From a bacterium (GTDB taxonomy: Bacteria; Zhuqueibacterota; Zhuqueibacteria; Oceanimicrobiales; Oceanimicrobiaceae), in NCBI GenBank assembly GCA_046757165.1, contig JBHHXT010000028.1, positions 1 through 39,597 on the forward strand: 39,597 nt of DNA, in the 5' to 3' direction. The position numbers and the translations under genes are program-made. A model generated the notes under the pieces. The model made no database searches. It was given only the letters and a program-made list of their open reading frames with translations, and was not told where the DNA came from. The first letter of the stretch is position 1, and every line of letters starts with the position of its first letter. Positions 33,907 through 39,597 of this stretch are shown one piece after another.

Positions 33907-36900
33907 TCAATTGGACGTGTATTCATCCCAGCTCCTTATCTCCAAATCCTCGAGCTGCAAAGTGCTCATCGCTTCAACCAACCGTTTGGCGAGCTGCAAA
34001 TTGGTGATCAACGGGACGCCAAAGTCAACCGCGTGGCGGCGAATGATGTAATCGTTGGTCAGCTCCTCTTCCTGAAAGTTTTTGGGAATATTGAGCACCA
34101 AATCGAGTTTGCCGCTGCTGATATATTCGAGCACGTTGGGGCTTTTCTTTTCCAGCGGCCAGTTCAGGACCTCTGCTTCAACCCCGTACTGGCGCATGAA
34201 ACGTGCCGTCCCGCGCGTGCAGTAGATTTTGACGCCCATCTCATGCAGGAGCCGGGCGTTGGCGACAAAGTCTGCTTTGCTCTCGAGCGGGCCGGTGGAC
34301 ATCAGGATGGTTCTGATCGGCAGTTTGAAGCCGACAGAGATGAGGGCTTTCAAAAAAGCCTCGTTGAAATCAGCGCCCAGGCAGCCGACCTCGCCGGTAG
34401 AGGCCATCTCCACGCCCAGGCTCGGATCGGCGCCGACCAGCCGGGTGAATGAGAATTGCGGCGCTTTGACCCCGACATAGTCCAGCTCCATGAACGATTT
34501 CCGAATGCTCTTGACGGGTTTGTCCATCAAAACACGCGTGGCGAAATCGATAAAATTGTGATTCGAGACTTTCGACACGAACGGGAAGCTGCGCGAGGCG
34601 CGCAGGTTGCACTCGATGACCTTGACCTCGTTGTTGCGGGCGATGAACTGGATATTGAACGGGCCGGTAATCTCGAGCGCTTTGGCGATCTTTCTGGCGA
34701 TGGCGTTGACTTGCCGCAAGGTCTCGATGTAGGTGCGCTGCGGCGGGAAAACCAGGGTCGCATCGCCGGAATGGACGCCGGCGTTCTCGACGTGCTCGGA
34801 GATGGCGTAGATGACCAGCTCGCCGTTTTTCGCCACGCCGTCCAGCTCGATTTCCTTGGCGTTCTCCAGAAATTTACTGATCACGACCGGATGGTCGCTG
34901 GAGATGTCCACGGCGCGCTCCAGGAACCTGGTGAGCTCGTCATCGGTGGAGGCCACGCCCATGGCCGCACCACTGAGCACGTAGGACGGCCGCACCAGCA
35001 CGGGATAGCTCACTTTTGCGGCAAATCGTTTAGCGTCTGTTAGCGAAACCAATTCTTCCCACTCCGGTTGATCGATATTGAGTGCATCCAGCAGTGACGA
35101 GAATTTGTGTCTATTTTCAGCTTTATCAATGTTTTCGGACGTCGTGCCGAAAACATTGAGTTTCGCCTGCTTGAACCTGACTGCGAGATTGTTCGGGATT
35201 TGCCCGCCCATGGAGACGATCATGCCCAGCGGCTGCTCTTTCTGATAGATCTCGTTGATGGTCTCGAAGCTGAGCTCGTCAAAGTAGAGGCGATCGCACT
35301 CATCGTAGTCCGTGCTCACCGTCTCAGGGTTGTAGTTGATCAAGATGGTCTGGTAGCCGAGTTGGCGCAGCGTCATCACCGCATTGACGCAACACCAGTC
35401 GAACTCCACGGAGCTGCCGATACGGTAGACACCGGATCCGAGCACGATGATGGAGCGGGTGGTTTTGAACCCGACATCGTCCGCGGTGCCGTTGTAGGTG
35501 AGATAGAGATAGTTGGTGCGCGCCGGAAACTCGGCCGCCAGCGTGTCGATCTGCTTGACGCAGGGACGCAGGCCGTAGGCGGAACGCAGTCTGCGCACAT
35601 CGTCCTCGTGGCAGTTCAGCGCCGTTGCGACCTGCCGGTCGGAGAACCCTGCTTTCTTGGCCTCCAGGAGCACGCCTTTCGGGCAGATGCCGTTGGCGTA
35701 CTGCTCCAGCGACTTTTCGATATCGAGCGCGTGCTGGATTTTGAAAAGGAACCAGCGGTCGATATTGGTCAGCTTGTGAATCTCATCCACCGACCGGCCA
35801 GATCTAAACGCCTCGACAATCGCCAGGATTCGTTCATCGGTGGGGTTTTCTAGCTCGCTTTCGATGTTTTCGAAGTGCATCTGGCCGTTGCCCGTCAAAC
35901 CACAAACCCCCGTCTCCAGCATGCGCAGGGCTTTCTGCAACGCTTCTTCAAACGAGCGCCCGATGGCCATGACCTCGCCGACCGACTTCATCCCCGAGCC
36001 GATACGTGTGGAGACCCGGCGGAACTTCTTCAGGTCCCAACGCGGAATTTTCACCACCACGTAGTCGAGCGCCGGCTCGAAGCAAGCCATGGTGGACTGG
36101 GTAATCGAATTCTTCAAATCCGTCAGGCCATACCCGAGCGCGAGTTTGGCGGCAATGAACGCCAGCGGGTAGCCCGTGGCCTTGGAGGCGAGCGCCGAGC
36201 TGCGTGACAACCGCGGGTTGACTTCGATGACACGGTAGTCGCCGTTCTTGGGGTCGAGCGCATACTGGATATTACACTCACCGACGATCCCGATATGGCG
36301 CACGACGCGAATGGCCAGCTCGCGCAGCCGGTGGTACTCCGCGTTGTTCAAGGTCTGGCTGGGCGCCACGACGATGCTCTCGCCCGTGTGGATGCCGAGC
36401 GGGTCGAAGTTCTCCATGTTGCAAATGGTGACACAGTTGTCATAGCAGTCGCGCACGACTTCATACTCGATCTCTTTCCATCCTTCCAGATATTCTTCGA
36501 TCAAAATCTGGTTGGTGTGGCAGAATGCCTTCTCGGCACACTGCCGCACCTCTTTTTCAGAGGTGCAAATGCCCGATCCCAGGCCACCCAGCGCGAAGGC
36601 GATGCGAATCATCACCGGGTAGCCGATTCTCTTCGCCTCAGAGGCGGCTTCCTCCACCTGACTCACTGCCACACTGCGCGGCGTCTTGACCTCGATCTCA
36701 TCCAGCCGTTTGACAAAGCGGCCGCGGTCTTCGGTGTCGCGGATGGCATCGAGGGAGGTGCCCAGGACCCGCACACCATACGTTTCGAAGACGTTCTTTT
36801 CGTCTAATTGCAAGCCGCAGTTGAGCGCAGTCTGGCCGCCGAAGGCCAGAAAAATACCGTCCGGTCGCTCCTTCGCAATGATTTTTTCAACGAATTCCGG

Positions 36901-37104
36901 TGTGACCGGCAAGAAGTAGACTTTGTCCGCCAGGTGCTCCGAGGTCTGAATGGTGGCGATGTTCGGGTTGACCAAAACCGACTGCACGCCGGCACCTTTC
37001 AAGGCTTTGATGGCCTGGCTGCCGGAGTAGTCGAATTCGCCAGCTTCCCCGATCTTGAGGGCGGAGCTGCCCAGGAGGATGACTTTTTGGGGGAGGTCTT
37101 GCAT
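33907..37104 (-). CDS. carB: Carbamoyl-phosphate synthase large subunit
   Basis: 1065 aa. IGEAGEFDYSG, duplicated ATP-grasp motifs (GIHTGES / GVHSGD; EVNPRLSRSS / ECNLRASRS) and a C-terminal MGS-like domain. Confidence 0.97.
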   Translation of the reverse strand: MQDLPQKVILLGSSALKIGEAGEFDYSGSQAIKALKGAGVQSVLVNPNIATIQTSEHLADKVYFLPVTPEFVEKIIAKERPDGIFLAFGGQTALNCGLQLDEKNVFETYGVRVLGTSLDAIRDTEDRGRFVKRLDEIEVKTPRSVAVSQVEEAASEAKRIGYPVMIRIAFALGGLGSGICTSEKEVRQCAEKAFCHTNQILIEEYLEGWKEIEYEVVRDCYDNCVTICNMENFDPLGIHTGESIVVAPSQTLNNAEYHRLRELAIRVVRHIGIVGECNIQYALDPKNGDYRVIEVNPRLSRSSALASKATGYPLAFIAAKLALGYGLTDLKNSITQSTMACFEPALDYVVVKIPRWDLKKFRRVSTRIGSGMKSVGEVMAIGRSFEEALQKALRMLETGVCGLTGNGQMHFENIESELENPTDERILAIVEAFRSGRSVDEIHKLTNIDRWFLFKIQHALDIEKSLEQYANGICPKGVLLEAKKAGFSDRQVATALNCHEDDVRRLRSAYGLRPCVKQIDTLAAEFPARTNYLYLTYNGTADDVGFKTTRSIIVLGSGVYRIGSSVEFDWCCVNAVMTLRQLGYQTILINYNPETVSTDYDECDRLYFDELSFETINEIYQKEQPLGMIVSMGGQIPNNLAVRFKQAKLNVFGTTSENIDKAENRHKFSSLLDALNIDQPEWEELVSLTDAKRFAAKVSYPVLVRPSYVLSGAAMGVASTDDELTRFLERAVDISSDHPVVISKFLENAKEIELDGVAKNGELVIYAISEHVENAGVHSGDATLVFPPQRTYIETLRQVNAIARKIAKALEITGPFNIQFIARNNEVKVIECNLRASRSFPFVSKVSNHNFIDFATRVLMDKPVKSIRKSFMELDYVGVKAPQFSFTRLVGADPSLGVEMASTGEVGCLGADFNEAFLKALISVGFKLPIRTILMSTGPLESKADFVANARLLHEMGVKIYCTRGTARFMRQYGVEAEVLNWPLEKKSPNVLEYISSGKLDLVLNIPKNFQEEELTNDYIIRRHAVDFGVPLITNLQLAKRLVEAMSTLQLEDLEIRSWDEYTSN

Positions 37105-37126
37105 TATTCTCTAAAATACTTCATAC

Positions 37127-37169
37127 TCAAAACTCATTTCATTCGTGTTAATTCGTGTCAATTCGTGGC
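37127..37169. repeat. 10-bp attcgtgNNa repeat, copy 2 (three units)
   Basis: tcaaaactcatttc attcgtgtta attcgtgtca attcgtggc, in the carA-carB gap. Confidence 0.7.
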
Positions 37170-37206
37170 TAACTAAATACTGGGCTGCAACCGAATGCCG
37201 CGCCGC

Positions 37207-38268
37207 TTACAGCCTCGAGATAAACTCATCGAACAAATACCCGGTGTCCAGCGGCCCGGGCGAGGCCTCCGGATGAAACTGTACGCCGAAGAAAGGCTTG
37301 CTGCGGTGGCGCACGCCCTCGTTCGTCCCGTCGTTGGCATTGAAGAACCAGGGCTCCCAGTCCTCAGGCAGGGTGCGTTCATCGACGGCAAAGCCGTGGT
37401 TTTGCGAGGTGATGAAGCAGCGCTTGGTCCCGACCAGGATGCACGGCTGGTTTTGGCCGCGGTGGCCATATTTGAGTTTGAAGGTCTCAGCCCCGGCGGC
37501 GCGGGCGAGCAATTGATTGCCAAGACAAATGCCAAAGACAGGCCTGCTGTCCTGCAAAACCTTCCGAACGTTTTCCACTGCCACTTCCACCATCTTCGGG
37601 TCCCCGGGACCGTTGGAAAGCAGCAGGCCGTCGAATTGCTCCTGAGACAAATCCCAGTCCCAGGGCACGGATTTTACCGTGACAGCGCGCTTCAGAAGAG
37701 AACGGATGATGTTGAGTTTACAGCCGCAGTTGAGCAGCAAAACCTTCTTGGCGCCGTCACCGAAGACCTGTGGCTCAGCAGGTGAGACGCGCGCGACCAG
37801 ATTCTCCTGATTGGGATCGATGAAATCTGCAGCGCGAGCGTCGCTGGGCACGATCATGCCGAGCATGGCCCCCTGCTCGCGCAGCTTCTGCGTCAAATGG
37901 CGCGTGTCGATCCCGCTGATGCCGGGGACGCCATTTTCGCTCAGCCAACGACTCAGGTTGGTCGCGCCCCCCCAGTGGCTGAAATCCCGCGACACCTCAG
38001 AAACGACAAGCCCGGCGATATGAACGCGGTCCGACTCGAAGGTGTCGTCGATGGAGTTCGCGGCCAAACTCTGGCGCGGGACGCCGTAATTGCCGATGAG
38101 TGGGTAGGTTAGATTGATGATTTGCCCTTCGTAAGAGGGGTCGGTAAAGCACTCCGGGTAGCCGACCATGCCGGTATTAAAAACCACTTCGCCAGCAGCA
38201 AACGTAGTGCTGCCGAATGCCTCTCCCTCGTATGTCGTTCCATCCTCCAGGATTAGTCGTGCTTGCAT
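37207..38268 (-). CDS. carA: Carbamoyl-phosphate synthase small (glutaminase) subunit
   Basis: Motifs GEVVFNTGMVGYPE, TDPSY, SNGPGDP, GICLGNQ (catalytic Cys), TSQNHG and QFHPE. Confidence 0.97.
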   Translation of the reverse strand: MQARLILEDGTTYEGEAFGSTTFAAGEVVFNTGMVGYPECFTDPSYEGQIINLTYPLIGNYGVPRQSLAANSIDDTFESDRVHIAGLVVSEVSRDFSHWGGATNLSRWLSENGVPGISGIDTRHLTQKLREQGAMLGMIVPSDARAADFIDPNQENLVARVSPAEPQVFGDGAKKVLLLNCGCKLNIIRSLLKRAVTVKSVPWDWDLSQEQFDGLLLSNGPGDPKMVEVAVENVRKVLQDSRPVFGICLGNQLLARAAGAETFKLKYGHRGQNQPCILVGTKRCFITSQNHGFAVDERTLPEDWEPWFFNANDGTNEGVRHRSKPFFGVQFHPEASPGPLDTGYLFDEFISRL

Positions 38269-38359
38269 TTCCTGCGATTCGTTCTCCGGTGGCGCCGGGA
38301 GTCCCTGACGAGTTCTTTTCTGTCACTTTTTGGCAAAACTTTCTTGTGATACACTTCTT

Positions 38360-38387
38360 TTTCGAGTCTCGAGTTTAGGATTTCGAA
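38360..38387. repeat. Degenerate 7-bp tandem repeat (tttcgag-type, four units)
   Basis: tttcgag tctcgag tttagga tttcgaa, just downstream of the GT4 stop. Confidence 0.5.
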
Positions 38388-38404
38388 CTTCCGGCTTGTC
38401 CGGG

Positions 38405-39496
38405 CTACGCCAGTCGCTTGAACAGACGCTCGTAGTCGTCGGCCACACGCTCCCAGGAGTAGCGCTCTCTGATGCGTTTGCGCGCTTTCTCGCCCAGGGA
38501 TTTGACCACATCCGGGTTATCCAACAGGTACTGCATCCGCTGCGCCAGCTCGCCGTTGTTTTTGGTGCTGAAATAGAGGCCGGCGTCGGCCAGAACTTCG
38601 CGGTGCTCGGGCACGTCGTTGGCGAGGACGCAATTGCCGTGGCCCATGCCCTCCAGCAGAGCCGGGTGGGTGCCCCCAACTTCGGTCGCCTGAACGTAGA
38701 AATACGCGTTGGACTGCAGCTCCCGGTAGCCCTGTCCGAAAACGTAGCCCGTGAAAAGGATGCGCGGGTCGCTGGTTTTCTTGAGATCACGGATGTACCC
38801 GCCGTTGTAGGGCGCGTCGCCAACGATTACGCACACCATGTCGGTCTCGACCTGCTCGAATGCTTTGACCACCAGGTGAGCGTTGTTTTCAGGCTCCAGG
38901 CGGCTCACGTACAACACGTACCTGCCCGGTTCCAGGTTGAACTGCTGCAGGACGTCTTTGGTCTCCACTTTGCCGGTGGGTGAGCCGTACGGAATGAAGG
39001 TAGACCTTTTCTTGAACTTTTTCAAATAGTATTTTTCAATCTCGCGCGCATCGGTGACCACTTCGTTCGCCAGGAACGTCGATAACCACTCGGACATCAG
39101 ATAAAACCAGCGGCCCAGCCGGTTCCACTTCGAGCGCTGCCATTCCAGGCCGTCGACGTTGATGGCCACCGGTGTGCCGACCAGGCGCGGTATCCAGCAG
39201 CAGTAGGCATTGGCGCTGTTGCAGACCAGGATCGCGTCGTAGCGCTCCTTCAGTGCGTGCAGGGTGCACAGCGCCGTGTGCGCCACGGTGTCGAAATACT
39301 TGTGCGGGATGGTGGGCAGGACCACGAGGCGAACGCCTTTGTAATACTGGCCGTCATGGTTGATGTTGTTCGAGCGGCCGTAAACGGTAACCTCATGCCC
39401 CTTTGCCACCAGGCGCGGTGCAATTTGCTCGGCAAATGTTTCAAATCCGCCGTAGTTCGCCGGGATGCCCCGGATGCCCATAATTGCGATCTTCAT
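38405..39496 (-). CDS. GT4 glycosyltransferase with DUF1972-type N-terminus (WchF/Cps2T-like)
   Basis: Motifs MKIAIMGIRGIPANYGGFETF, NVDGLEWQRSKW, SRLEPENN and VGGTHPALLEGMG. Confidence 0.9.
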   Translation of the reverse strand: MKIAIMGIRGIPANYGGFETFAEQIAPRLVAKGHEVTVYGRSNNINHDGQYYKGVRLVVLPTIPHKYFDTVAHTALCTLHALKERYDAILVCNSANAYCCWIPRLVGTPVAINVDGLEWQRSKWNRLGRWFYLMSEWLSTFLANEVVTDAREIEKYYLKKFKKRSTFIPYGSPTGKVETKDVLQQFNLEPGRYVLYVSRLEPENNAHLVVKAFEQVETDMVCVIVGDAPYNGGYIRDLKKTSDPRILFTGYVFGQGYRELQSNAYFYVQATEVGGTHPALLEGMGHGNCVLANDVPEHREVLADAGLYFSTKNNGELAQRMQYLLDNPDVVKSLGEKARKRIRERYSWERVADDYERLFKRLA

Positions 39497-39597
39497 CTCT
39501 AACTCGATCCTTCCTCTTCAGGGTTGCAAATCGAAATACGAGAAAAGTAACCGATCACAGGGTATTACTCTTTTCTTGACAAGATAACAGGATAAAC

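Noticed and set aside
39540..39580. Possible sigma70 promoter on the minus strand (ttgtca-17 bp-tgtgat) within an imperfect inverted repeat
   Set aside because: The -10 element lacks the conserved A, the dyad needs bulges, and the context is cut by the window edge.

Overview
GC-rich bacterial DNA. Almost the whole window (345-39496) is one minus-strand cluster for Wzx/Wzy-type surface polysaccharide synthesis and modification. In transcription order it encodes: a DUF1972/GT4 glycosyltransferase, carA, carB, a GT-C (ArnT/PMT-like) transferase, a Wzy/O-antigen ligase-like protein, a GT4, a Wzx flippase, an asnB-type amidotransferase, an FrhB-like Fe-S protein, an AT-rich PD-(D/E)XK nuclease that looks inserted, a conserved hypothetical protein, two GT-B transferases, a GH39 and a SAM methyltransferase. 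It ends in a ~15 kb block of four membrane-anchored sulfatase-like proteins, two secreted proteins and a membrane-anchored heparinase II/III-like protein. Main observations: (1) none of the four 'sulfatases' has the C/S-x-P-x-R formylglycine motif, and they have Thr/Ser nucleophile positions like LtaS/EptA transferases; (2) these four and the heparinase share an N-terminal membrane module; (3) the two otherwise unrelated secreted proteins end in the same D-x-[ST]-x-P-x-x-P-[ST]-G-[VI] tail; (4) carAB sits inside the cluster; (5) many intergenic gaps carry hairpin/REP-like repeats, including a two-copy element with a compensatory base change. A broken Rpn-family gene end lies at the left edge. 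All family calls come from motif recognition by eye, with no database search. An FCB-related host (e.g. KSB1 or Calditrichota-like) is only a guess.
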